Shown one piece after another: positions 36,501-40,785 of a stretch of DNA of 64,000 nt. Below the pieces are notes generated by a model, which was not told the DNA's origin, ran no database searches, and saw only the letters and a list, made by a program, of their open reading frames with translations. Positions within the stretch are counted from its first letter, which is position 1. Each line of letters opens with the position of its first letter. The DNA is from Trypanosoma brucei (taxonomy: Eukaryota). The stretch covers positions 512,001 to 576,000 of the forward strand of contig CM000207.1 of assembly GCA_000002445.1 (NCBI GenBank), read 5' to 3'. Made by a program: the position numbers and the translations under genes.

Positions 36501-37169
36501 AGCCCGATCGTAGCAGAAGCTACGCCTACTCACGCAATCCCGCAAAATGAAATTACATCTCTCAATAGACAGTTCTTCGTCTGCAGAGAATTCTAGAATG
36601 CGCGCGCGAAAGTGCTGATGGCGTAACACACTCTGCATTTGTGGCCACGTTTTGGCTCCATCCTCACTCAGTAACAACATCACCGCGCGGAGGATAGTTG
36701 TTACCATCTTGGGTGGTGAACGATACGACTTCAGCTCATTCCAATGGTTGTACGAAATCGACTCAACATCGCAGCGGGCAGCAGACACTGCGGCGCGGGA
36801 CTGCATCAAGTGCGCCTCAGCTGCTGAACTAGTTCTCATCAATTCAGCTCGTGCGTTGCGAAGAGACTCGGTAAGCTCGGCCGCTCGCCGTAAGCACTGT
36901 TCAAACCCCTTCTTCGATTCTTCTACTTTACGCAGCATAGCGCCTCTCTCCCCAATGACGGTGGTGCCGCTGTTATCATCATCAACCAATTCCCACCTCC
37001 GCTCCCACAGCTGTATTTCAGCATCCTGGGCGTAAGGGGCTGACACTACCTGCCCCAGCGTCCAGTTGATTCCTCCACTATCGTCATTGGTCAGTACCAA
37101 CGCAACCACATCACCCGGTTTAATGGACCGAATGTCTGTACTGCACGTTAACGTTCTCTCTTGCATCAT
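12525..37169 (-). CDS. giant repetitive protein (8214 aa): N-terminal dynein-MTBD-like stalk domain followed by 37 tandem 200-aa repeats
   Basis: Uninterrupted 24,645-nt ORF. ATG-ATG at 37164-37169, preceded by an in-frame stop at 37215-37217. TGA stop at 12525-12527. The N-terminal ~760 aa are unique and include the MTBD-like region (aa ~143-253: WNELKSYRSPPKMVTTILRAVMLLLSEDGAKTWPQMQSVLRHQHFRARILEFSADEELS...AMGPIYYWTLAQL). The remainder is a 600-bp repeat array. Confidence 0.85.
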   Translation of the reverse strand: MMQERTLTCSTDIRSIKPGDVVALVLTNDDSGGINWTLGQVVSAPYAQDAEIQLWERRWELVDDDNSGTTVIGERGAMLRKVEESKKGFEQCLRRAAELTESLRNARAELMRTSSAAEAHLMQSRAAVSAARCDVESISYNHWNELKSYRSPPKMVTTILRAVMLLLSEDGAKTWPQMQSVLRHQHFRARILEFSADEELSIERCNFILRDCVSRRSFCYDRAVDGSRAMGPIYYWTLAQLDICHAVKEKVTAEDIMEEQKRVLADVMNDIQKQQYSMGMYQTQLDKVNEELRAYRQMGFGGGEETETQEGDSMQPARAEEHSAPKDLALERYRQSFAGAENKEYLLPAFYTWVPTNYSIIVLRKNVLVVLGSQELLGGDNLYSLEEPCIRYLDTVMMQRLANSRRGKSEQEEMDISEGIFIPTTHSVDNIPSGTIGVVRREYAGKDWEVILYFRQADIEHTFCVETGTAVGVPKSNVIVTHSSYNEEQNCLIIQAELQHDNSMTQNDLRAAVAEYNYPLLRRLYEEECKNMSLHNFTLRGDDWKTIADDHKYEVKKAAETDIYNLHWLASTADVYVTKILATSRLHVEYVVSKGIKKSNDSGNNIHSYEYPQTTAIYKKYTAYKKIKYKRSFMGTEWKYKMLHDKEKIHDIFLHETSTALEVKTEKIVVTNMHATDHNLQVEYSVYDNKKSPERIKHQILQHQYPRLWNFYNEKNPVNYNKLILESKKHTKHFAGKEWYTSIHNKKNEVVNAFIEETAAQLQLNEEQVQDLVVSYSEGMLKLEFTITPPHNLKKDDIDERLNECPYTAVWMLYESRPRESSVLTEKFEGDDWDLVLSGDREGLENAFRNDAACALGVSPQQVVIIDCRLGSLLIDYKVIGCSLNDADILSTLAACPFSEVWSLYVPRASAARAAMMEDSSSATETVTQHHVEFEGEDWDYVLEKRKPDVVSAFTKETAAQLQLNEEQVQDLVVSYSEEMLKLEFTITLPHNLKKDDVDERLNECPYTAVWMLYESRPRESSVLTEKFEGDDWDLVLSGDREGLENAFRNDAARALGVSPQQVVIIDCRLGSLLIDYKVIGCSLNDADILSTLAACPFSEVWSLYVPRASAARAAMMEDSSSATETVTQHHVEFEGEDWDYVLEKRKPDVVSAFTKETAAQLQLNEEQVQDLVVSYSEEMLKLEFTITLPHNLKKDDVDERLNECPYTAVWMLYESRPRESSVLTEKFEGDDWDLVLSGDREGLENAFRNDAARVLGVSPQQVVIIDCRLGSLLIDYKVIGCSLNDADILSTLAACPFSEVWSLYVPRASAARAAMMKDSSSATETVTQHHVEFEGEDWDYVLEKRKPDVVSAFTKETAAQLQLNEEQVQDLVVSYSEEMLKLEFTITPPHNLKKDDIDERLNECPYTAVWMLYESRPRESSVLTEKFEGDDWDLVLSGDREGLENAFRNDAARVLGVSPQQVVIIDCRLGSLLIDYKVIGCSLNDADILSTLAACPFSEVWSLYVPRASAARAAMMKDSSSATETVTQHHVEFEGEDWDYVLEKRKPDVVSAFTKETAAQLQLNEEQVQDLVVSYSEEMLKLEFTITLPHNLKKDDIDERLNECPYTAVWMLYESRPRESSVLTEKFEGDDWDLVLSGDREGLENAFRNDAARVLGVSPQQVVIIDCRLGSLLIDYKVIGSSLNDADILSTLAACPFSEMWSLYVPRASAARAAMMKDSSSATGTVTQHHMEFEGEDWDYVLEKRKPDVVSAFTKETAAQLQLNEEQVQDLVVSYSEEMLKLEFTITPPHNLKKDDIDERLNECPYTAVWMLYESRPRESSVLTEKFEGDDWDLVLSGDREGLENAFRNDAARVLGVSPQQVVIIDCRLGSLLIDYKVIGCSLNDADILSTLAACPFSEMWSLYVPRASAARAAMMKDSSSATETVTQHHVEFEGEDWDYVLEKRKPDVVSAFTKETAAQLQLNEEQVQDLVVSYSEEMLKLEFTITPPHNLKKDDVDERLNECPYTAVWMLYESRPRESSVLTEKFEGDDWDLVLSGDREGLENAFRNDAARVLGVSPQQVVIIDCRLGSLLIDYKVIGCSLNDADILSTLAACPFSEMWSLYVPRASAARAAMMKDSSSATGTVTQHHVEFEGEDWDYVLEKRKPDVVSAFTKETAAQLQLNEEQVQDLVVSYSEEMLKLEFTITPPHNLKKDDIDERLNECPYTAVWMLYESRPRESSVLTEKFEGDDWDLVLSGDREGLENAFRNDAARVLGVSPQQVVIIDCRLGSLLIDYKVIGCSLNDADILSTLAACPFSEVWSLYVPRASAARAAMMEDSSSATETVTQHHVEFEGEDWDYVLEKRKPDVVSAFTKETAAQLQLNEEQVQDLVVSYSEEMLKLEFTITLPHNLKKDDVDERLNECPYTAVWMLYESRPRESSVLTEKFEGDDWDLVLSGDREGLENAFRNDAARALGVSPQQVVIIDCRLGSLLIDYKVIGCSLNDADILSTLAACPFSEMWSLYVPRASAARAAMMEDSSSATETVTQHHVEFEGEDWDYVLEKRKPDVVSAFTKETAAQLQLNEEQVQDLVVSYSEEMLKLEFTITLPHNLKKDDIDERLNECPYTAVWMLYESRPRESSVLTEKFEGDDWDLVLSGDREGLENAFRNDAARALGVSPQQVVIIDCRLGSLLIDYKVIGCSLNDADILSTLAACPFSEVWSLYVPRASAARAAMMKDSSSATETVTQHHVEFEGEDWDYVLEKRKPDVVSAFTKETAAQLQLNEEQVQDLVVSYSEEMLKLEFTITLPHNLKKDDIDERLNECPYTAVWMLYESRPRESSVLTEKFEGDDWDLVLSGDREGLENAFRNDAARVLGVSPQQVVIIDCRLGSLLIDYKVIGCSLNDADILSTLAACPFSEVWSLYVPRASAARAAMMEDSSSATETVTQHHMEFEGEDWDYVLEKRKPDVVSAFTKETAAQLQLNEEQVQDLVVSYSEEMLKLEFTITLPHNLKKDDIDERLNECPYTAVWMLYESRPRESSVLTEKFEGDDWDLVLSGDREGLENAFRNDAACALGVSPQQVVIIDCRLGSLLIDYKVIGCSLNDADILSTLAACPFSEMWSLYVPRASAARAAMMKDSSSATETVTQHHVEFEGEDWDYVLEKRKPDVVSAFTKETAAQLQLNEEQVQDLVVSYSEEMLKLEFTITPPHNLKKDDIDERLNECPYTAVWMLYESRPRESSVLTEKFEGDDWDLVLSGDREGLENAFRNDAARALGVSPQQVVIIDCRLGSLLIDYKVIGCSLNDADILSTLAACPFSEVWSLYVPRASAARAAMMEDSSSATETVTQHHVEFEGEDWDYVLEKRKPDVVSAFTKETAAQLQLNEEQVQDLVVSYSEEMLKLEFTITLPHNLKKDDVDERLNECPYTAVWMLYESRPRESSVLTEKFEGDDWDLVLSGDREGLENAFRNDAARVLGVSPQQVVIIDCRLGSLLIDYKVIGCSLNDADILSNLAACPFSEMWSLYVPRASAARAAMMEDSSSATETVTQHHVEFEGEDWDYVLEKRKPDVVSAFTKETAAQLQLNEEQVQDLVVSYSEEMLKLEFTITPPHNLKKDDIDERLHECPYTAVWMLYEPRPRESSVLTEKFEGDDWDLVLSGDREGLENAFRNDAARVLGVSPQQVVIIDCRLGSLLIDYKVIGCSLNDADILSTLAACPFSEMWSLYVPRASAARAAMMEDSSSATETVTQHHVEFEGEDWDYVLEKRKPDVVSAFTKETAAQLQLNEEQVQDLVVSYSEEMLKLEFTITLPHNLKKDDIDERLNECPYTAVWMLYESRPRESSVLTEKFEGDDWDLVLSGDREGLENAFRNDAARVLGVSPQQVVIIDCRLGSLLIDYKVIGSSLNDADILSTLAACPFSEMWSLYVPRASAARAAMMKDSSSATGTVTQHHMEFEGEDWDYVLEKRKPDVVSAFTKETAAQLQLNEEQVQDLVVSYSEEMLKLEFTITLPHNLKKDDVDERLNECPYTAVWMLYESRPRESSVLTEKFEGDDWDLVLSGDREGLENAFRNDAARVLGVSPQQVVIIDCRLGSLLIDYKVIGCSLNDADILSTLAACPFSEMWSLYVPRASAARAAMMKDSSSATETVTQHHVEFEGEDWDYVLEKRKPDVVSAFTKETAAQLQLNEEQVQDLVVSYSEEMLKLEFTITPPHNLKKDDIDERLNECPYTAVWMLYESRPRESSVLTEKFEGDDWDLVLSGDREGLENAFRNDAARVLGVSPQQVVIIDCRLGSLLIDYKVIGCSLNDADILSTLAACPFSEVWSLYVPRASAARAAMMKDSSSATETVTQHHVEFEGEDWDYVLEKRKPDVVSAFTKETAAQLQLNEEQVQDLVVSYSEEMLKLEFTITPPHNLKKDDIDERLNECPYTAVWMLYESRPRESSVLTEKFEGDDWDLVLSGDREGLENAFRNDAARVLGVSPQQVVIIDCRLGSLLIDYKVIGCSLNDADILSTLAACPFSEMWSLYVPRASAARAAMMKDSSSATETVTQHHVEFEGEDWDYVLEKRKPDVVSAFTKETAAQLQLNEEQVQDLVVSYSEEMLKLEFTITLPHNLKKDDIDERLNECPYTAVWMLYESRPRESSVLTEKFEGDDWDLVLSGDREGLENAFRNDAARVLGVSPQQVVIIDCRLGSLLIDYKVIGCSLNDSDILSTLAACPFSEMWSLYVPRASAARAAMMKDSSSATETVTQHHVEFEGEDWDYVLEKRKPDVVSAFTKETAAQLQLNEEQVQDLVVSYSEEMLKLEFTITPPHNLKKDDIDERLNECPYTAVWMLYESRPRESSVLTEKFEGDDWDLVLSGDREGLENAFRNDAARVLGVSPQQVVIIDCRLGSLLIDYKVIGCSLNDADILSTLAACPFSEVWSLYVPRASAARAAMMKDSSSATETVTQHHVEFEGEDWDYVLEKRKPDVVSAFTKETAAQLQLNEEQVQDLVVSYSEEMLKLEFTITPPHNLKKDDIDERLNECPYTAVWMLYESRPRESSVLTEKFEGDDWDLVLSGDREGLENAFRNDAARVLGVSPQQVVIIDCRLGSLLIDYKVIGRSLNDSDILSTLAACPFSEMWSLYVPRASAARAAMMKDSSSATGTVTKHYVGFEGEDWDYVLEKRKPDVVSAFTKETAAQLHLNEEQVQDLVLSYSEEMLKLEFTITPPHNLKKDDIDERLNECPYTAVWMLYESRPRESSVLTEKFEGDDWDLVLSGDREGLENAFRNDAARVLGVSPQQVVIIDCRLGSLLIDYKVIGCSLNDADILSTLAACPFSEMWSLYVPRASAARAAMMKDSSSATETVTQHHVEFEGEDWDYVLEKRKPDVVSAFTKETAAQLQLNEEQVQDLVVSYSEEMLKLEFTITPPHNLKKDDIDERLHECPYTAVWMLYEPRPRESSVLTEKFEGDDWDLVLSGDREGLENAFRNDAARVLGVSPQQVVIIDCRLGSLLIDYKVIGSSLNDADILSTLAACPFSEVWSLYVPRASAARAAMMEDSSSATETVTQHHVEFEGEDWDYVLEKRKPDVVSAFTKETAAQLQLNEEQVQDLVVSYSEEMLKLEFTITLPHNLKKDDIDERLNECPYTAVWMLYESRPRESSVLTEKFEGDDWDLVLSGDREGLENAFRNDAARVLGVSPQQVVIIDCRLGSLLIDYKVIGCSLNDADILSTLAACPFSEVWSLYVPRASAARAAMMKDSSSATETVTQHHVEFEGEDWDYVLEKRKPDVVSAFTKETAAQLQLNEEQVQDLVVSYSEEMLKLEFTITLPHNLKKDDVDERLNECPYTAVWMLYESRPRESSVLTEKFEGDDWDLVLSGDREGLENAFRNDAARALGVSPQQVVIIDCRLGSLLIDYKVIGCSLNDADILSTLAACPFSEVWSLYVPRASAARAAMMKDSSSATETVTQHHVEFEGEDWDYVLEKRKPDVVSAFTKETAAQLQLNEEQVQDLVVSYSEEMLKLEFTITLPHNLKKDDVDERLNECPYTAVWMLYESRPRESSVLTEKFEGDDWDLVLSGDREGLENAFRNDAARALGVSPQQVVIIDCRLGSLLIDYKVIGCSLNDADILSNLAACPFSEVWSLYVPRASAARAAMMEDSSSATETVTQHHVEFEGEDWDYVLEKRKPDVVSAFTKETAAQLQLNEEQVQDLVVSYSEEMLKLEFTITPPHNLKKDDIDERLHECPYTAVWMLYEPRPRESSVLTEKFEGDDWDLVLSGDREGLENAFRNDAARVLGVSPQQVVIIDCRLGSLLIDYKVTGCSLNDADILSTLAACPFSEVWSLYVPRASAARAAMMEDSSSATETVTQHHVEFEGEDWDYVLEKRKPDVVSAFTKETAAQLQLNEEQVQDLVVSYSEEMLKLEFTITLPHNLKKDDVDERLNECPYTAVWMLYESRPRESSVLTEKFEGDDWDLVLSGDREGLENAFRNDAACALGVSPQQVVIIDCRLGSLLIDYKVIGCSLNDADILSTLAACPFSEVWSLYVPRASAARAAMMEDSSSATETVTQHHVEFEGEDWDYVLEKRKPDVVSAFTKETAAQLQLNEEQVQDLVVSYSEEMLKLEFTITLPHNLKKDDIDERLNECPYTAVWMLYESRPRESSVLTEKFEGDDWDLVLSGDREGLENAFRNDAARALGVSPQQVVIIDCRLGSLLIDYKVIGCSLNDADILSTLAACPFSEMWSLYVPRASAARAAMMEDSSSATETVTQHHVEFEGEDWDYVLEKRKPDVVSAFTKETAAQLQLNEEQVQDLVVSYSEEMLKLEFTITLPHNLQKDDIDERLHECPYTAVWMLYEPRPRESSVLTEKFEGDDWDLVLSGDREGLENAFRNDAACALGVSPQQVVIIDCRLGSLLIDYKVIGCSLNDADILSTLAACPFSEVWSLYVPRASAARAAMMEDSSSATETVTQHHVEFEGEDWDYVLEKRKPDVVSAFTKETAAQLQLNEEQVQDLVVSYSEEMLKLEFTITLPHNLKKDDVDERLNECPYTAVWMLYESRPRESSVLTEKFEGDDWDLVLSGDREGLENAFRNDAARVLGVSPQQVVIIDCRLGSLLIDYKVIGCSLNDADILSTLAACPFSEVWSLYVPRASAARAAMMKDSSSATETVTQHHVEFEGEDWDYVLEKRKPDVVSAFTKETAAQLQLNEEQVQDLVVSYSEEMLKLEFTITLPHNLKKDDIDERLNECPYTAVWMLYESRPRESSVLTEKFEGDDWDLVLSGDREGLENAFRNDAARVLGVSPQQVVIIDCRLGSLLIDYKVIGSSLNDADILSTLAACPFSEMWSLYVPRASAARAAMMEDSSSATETVTQHHVEFEGEDWDYVLEKRKPDVVSAFTKETAAQLQLNEEQVQDLVVSYSEEMLKLEFTITLPHNLKKDDIDERLNECPYTAVWMLYESRPRESSVLTEKFEGDDWDLVLSGDREGLENAFRNDAARVLGVSPQQVVIIDCRLGSLLIDYKVIGSSLNDADILSTLAACPFSEVWSLYVPRASAARAAMMEDSSSATETVTQHHVEFEGEDWDYVLEKRKPDVVSAFTKETAAQLQLNEEQVQDLVVSYSEEMLKLEFTITLPHNLKKDDIDERLNECPYTAVWMLYESRPRESSVLTEKFEGDDWDLVLSGDREGLENAFRNDAARVLGVSPQQVVIIDCRLGSLLIDYKVIGSSLNDADILSTLAACPFSEMWSLYVPRASAARAAMMKDSSSATETVTQHHVEFEGEDWDYVLEKRKPDVVSAFTKETAAQLQLNEEQVQDLVVSYSEEMLKLEFTITLPHNLKKDDIDERLNECPYTAVWMLYESRPRESSVLTEKFEGDDWDLVLSGDREGLENAFRNDAARVLGVSPQQVVIIDCRLGSLLIDYKVIGCSLNDADILSTLAACPFSEVWSLYVPRASAARAAMMKDSSSATETVTKHYVGFEGEDWDYVLEKRKPDVVSAFTKETAAQLHLNEEQVQDLVLSYSEEMLKLEFTITPPHNLKKDDIDERLNECPYTAVWMLYELRPRESSVLTEKFEGDDWDLVLSGDREGLENAFRNDAARVLGVSPQQAVIIDCRLGSLLIDYKVIGCSLNDADILSTLAACPFSEMWSLYVPRASAARAAMMKDSSSATGTVTKHYVGFEGEDWDYVLEKRKPDVVSAFTKETAAQLHLNEEQVQDLVVSYSEEMLKLEFTITPPHNLKKDDIDESLHECPYTAVWMLY
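12529..34895 (-). repeat. tandem array of 37 x 600-bp coding repeats (>95% identical), internal to the giant ORF
   Basis: Exact 600-bp periodicity. It is visible as identical antisense 90-aa ORFs at 12973+600k, k=0..36. Each unit encodes two ~100-aa modules (FEGEDWDYVLEKRKPDVVSAFTKE... and FEGDDWDLVLSGDREGLENAFRND...). Variation is limited to a few biallelic sites shuffled among units. Confidence 0.95.
34896..35700 (-). repeat. degenerate A/T-rich ancestral copies of the ~100-aa module preceding the homogenised array
   Basis: The protein shows F.G.EW/F.GDDW modules (FAGKEWYTSIHNKKNEVVNAF..., FMGTEWKYKMLHDKEKIHDIF..., TLRGDDWKTIADDHKYEV...). At nt level they share little identity with the array, and the sequence is T-rich on the + strand. 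Confidence 0.6.
36270..36917 (-). other. dynein heavy chain stalk/MTBD-like domain (CC1-MTBD-CC2) within the giant ORF
   Basis: By-eye alignment to the canonical dynein MTBD ([55 protein letters not shown]...ACGPMVKWAIAQL) gives near-colinear matches. Helix-rich coiled-coil flanks lie on both sides. Confidence 0.6.
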
Positions 37170-38268
37170 GTGAAATGCCTTTACCGAAACTAAATCAATC
37201 TCAGGTTTCTGTTTTCACTGATTCACTTACTTACTTGTTTTTGGTGCCTTTTCTTATTGATCCTATCAACACCTGTGTACAAGTCCCTTTTGTCCGTTGC
37301 TGTTGTTGTTGTTTCGTCTTTTTTTCTTCCTTTTTTTTTCTCCAGTTCTACACCACTCCTTGGAACTTCGGAAACAGCAGAAGGTACTACTTCCTCCTGC
37401 TATGACCCCCAGATGCCGTACTGGACGTATGGTCTCTGTTTTTCTTTCTTTTCCCTTACCTTTTTCTTCGCAGCTGTGACTGTCCTTTAAGTAAGCTAAC
37501 TGTCAGATATATTAACAAACTTGTACAATTCTGTATATATATACACGTGCGTGTATGTGTGTTTATTTATTTGCTTTTGGTTGGGTAGGTGTGCTTGTTG
37601 TTGCCGTATTTTTAAACCTTTCCCGTTTGATTCACTTCCTGAAGACAAGTTGGTGCAGTAAGAAGCAGAAGTTCTTCCTTAACTTAACTTAAGCTCGTTT
37701 GCTCGCTTACCTTCCCTTGGTTTGCTTTTATGACCTTTTTTGGGGGGGCTTGATTCCCCCTTTTTTTTTTCTTTCTTCCCAACCCTCACTCTGTCTTGTC
37801 TCCTTTTTGTATTTTCTCTTGCTTTTTTTTCACGGAAACTCTCTCTCTCTCGTCTCCTTCGTTACGTTATGCACCCTCTAAACACGCTACAAAGGTATTG
37901 TGAACTGTACAACTGATATAAAGAGGCGCGCAATCAAATATATTTTTTTTTAATTTTTTTTTGATTTTTGCACCAGCCTTTGTGCTTACCTTTCGTGCCC
38001 GCGGCTCCCGCAAAACGTGCGCTCCGTTGATGGCGATGTTGTTGATATCGACTTTTTCGTAGCCGGTTTCCTTTAGTTTTTCCCGCTATTCGTGTCGTCG
38101 CCTAATCGCCTCAATTCCGTACTGTTTTGTTTCTTCCACACCTCTATTTTTAAATGATGATTCTTCTCTCAATTCGTATAAACGGACGGGAGGGCGGTAA
38201 TCCGAGGAAGGCAGCCTTTTGGTTCTCCTTCCCTTTTTTCCTTTTTCCTTCTTTTTTTTTTCTCTCTC

Positions 38269-38281
38269 GTGTGTATTGTAT

Positions 38282-38316
<35 letters not shown>
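38269..38316. repeat. (TG)n microsatellite
   Basis: gtgtgtattgtatgtgtatg(tg)15 by direct reading. Confidence 0.95.
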
Positions 38317-38317
<1 letters not shown>

Positions 38318-40254
38318 CTCTGCGGTGTAAATATACTATTATTATTATTATTGTATATTATAGCCTTTTCTTTCTTTTATTTCCTTTTCTTTTAATAATT
38401 TATTCTCCCTCAGGGAGAACTGCCGGTAGCAGTGATTTTACGCCAAGTAGCACCACGGTTCCGTGACCGGTAGCCGCCAGCAGTAATATAATAATAATAA
38501 CAATAATAATAATAATAGTGGCAACAGTGCTGTTGGGTAGCGATGATTATGATGACAGTGCTAACGAGCAATAATATTTCATAAATATTTAAAAATAATA
38601 ATAATATAGATAATAATGACATTACCAATAGTATTAGCATCAGTGGTTATGAGTGACAATAATAAAAATATAGATGAGAGTGAAGACAAAAGGAAAGAAT
38701 GTGGAAAGACGGATCAACGGGGGTCATAAAATAATAATAATGGTGAAGACACGAAACTAAGTCACATAATACAAACGCATAAAATAATTAATATCTAGGC
38801 AAGCATGGCTTATCCACATAGAAACTTTATACTTTCACGCGAGACGACTTAACCTTCTAAACAAAGGCACAAGAAGAAAGAATACAACAATTAAAAAAGT
38901 AAATACCATTGCAACCACGTCACAACACCGACTTTAAAAAAAAAAAAAAAGAAAAAAAGACATGTACACACAGAACACTTAAGATGGGTGGAAAAAAGAA
39001 AAGAAAAACAATGTCACGGGAAATAGGGACAAGACATCAAGCAACTACCCACCTCCCATTTACCACACCCTTCAATCTAAATATTTAAATATATATATTC
39101 AAATATTTGTCTCTTTTGTTACCTTCTCTCCTCGATGAGGTCTTATTAAGCATCAACACAACGTAACTCAACACATAAATAATTGAAATGCTTACAATCT
39201 TATTTAACATTTCTCTCTCAGTTCTCCTTATACGTATTTTTTTTTCTTTGGTTAAATTCTAATTTGTTTTACGTTCCTTTTTGATTGTTTTACGCAATGA
39301 AAATAATACTCAAACTAAAATCAGAATAAACTATTTAAGATTGATAGCCCCAGCCACAGCGATAAGATGAAGAAGTAGCGGCTAAACTCAAGCGCCATTT
39401 TGGCCCTTACACTAACAATAGTAATGATACCTTTTTTTAAAAAAAAAAACTAGCATAACTTCCTTTTGTTATGGTTAACAAAGAAAAAAAGACGTCACGC
39501 TTCTCTTCAGAAACGCTGTGATGGAAACTTCCTACATGCAAATTATGTGCTCAGAAGTTAAAGGTGACACACAAAAGAAAAAAGAGAGAAAATGAAACGA
39601 AAGGGGAAGGAAATGGACTAAAACAGCAGCATCGTTAAAAGACGGAAAAAGAGAGGTAAGTTGAACCTCACGAAACAACAATATTGCACCGCATTACATC
39701 ACAAAGATAGGGTTTTGAAGCGTGTACATATAAGAAGTTAAGAATACATAAGAGAGGGCATCAGCCTTAAAAATAAGCTTTAAAAAAATGCATGCATGCA
39801 CTAGGGGTCATGGAGAGAGAGAGAGACAAGGAGAACAAAGAACACATATTTATATTACTCAAACAGCAAATGATATCTGGCGTTGGGGGTTGAAAACGGT
39901 GAAATCCAGTGTGCAAAGTACAGTTTAAAATAAAAACAAACAGAATGAAAGGAAAGTAAAAAAATGAAGTTAAGCGAAGAGCACACAAAAATATAAATGA
40001 GCGTAACGTCACGCCCACCTAAACGAAAGGTTTTAGGTGGCACGCAGCGCATGTGAAACTTCCCCTCCCTATTGCCTTTCTTCACTCTTCTTCACTTCCC
40101 TCCTCTCTCCTCCTCCCGAGGCGATGTCTGGACGGCATGAAGCTTCCCGCCAACCAGAAACCTTTTTTACACCACATGCCGCTACACACACACCGCGTTG
40201 TGCCCAACGCCACAAATCAAAGAAATTAGATTATTAAAACACAGCGCCGCAACT

Positions 40255-40265
40255 CCCCCCCCCCC
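40255..40265. repeat. poly(C)11 homopolymer
   Basis: Direct reading. Confidence 0.9.
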
Positions 40266-40785
40266 AGCAGTGTAGTCTAACGAGCTTCAAACTAAAATAA
40301 GTTAATGACGTTGGGAAAATGGAAGAACAAATGGAATGCTGAAGAAAATAAAGAAAGGAACACCACTCAAAGGCGTCCGCGCTTACCGAGTTGCGAGTCG
40401 TTCCAGCCCGCAAAACACCTCACCCTATTAACTATGAACAAATGACAAATCCATTCGAACGGGGGCCGCGGTATAATAATGTCGGACGTAAGGAGTAAGC
40501 TCCGCATGGTAGTGCGAAGGTGATGTTGCTGCTTGGTCGGGTTCTGCCTCCCATTCCTTAACTACACAACTCAACAATCGTTCCGCTTTGTGGTTTCTCA
40601 TCAAATCACATCACATCAAATCAAACTCTCGCATCCCTCCTCAGTTTATATATGCCTCTATATAATGCGGTCATTCCACAAATCACTTTAATAGTGGGGT
40701 AGTAAACCGTGACATCACACTCCTCTCACACATCATTCCCATCACAACACGATCCAAACACATAACTGCTCCACCAACGCCTGCA

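Noticed and set aside
38141-38240. Possible C/D snoRNA (aaTGATGA box at about 38152-38159 on + strand)
   Set aside because: There is no convincing D box (CUGA) or terminal stem at the right spacing. It is on the non-transcribed-sense strand relative to the unit. The evidence is insufficient.
40440-40520. GC-rich segment gcggtataataatgtcggacgtaaggagtaagctccgc with hairpin potential, considered as a tRNA or ncRNA
   Set aside because: I could not fold a cloverleaf or find the conserved tRNA A/B-box sequences by eye. It is probably just UTR structure.
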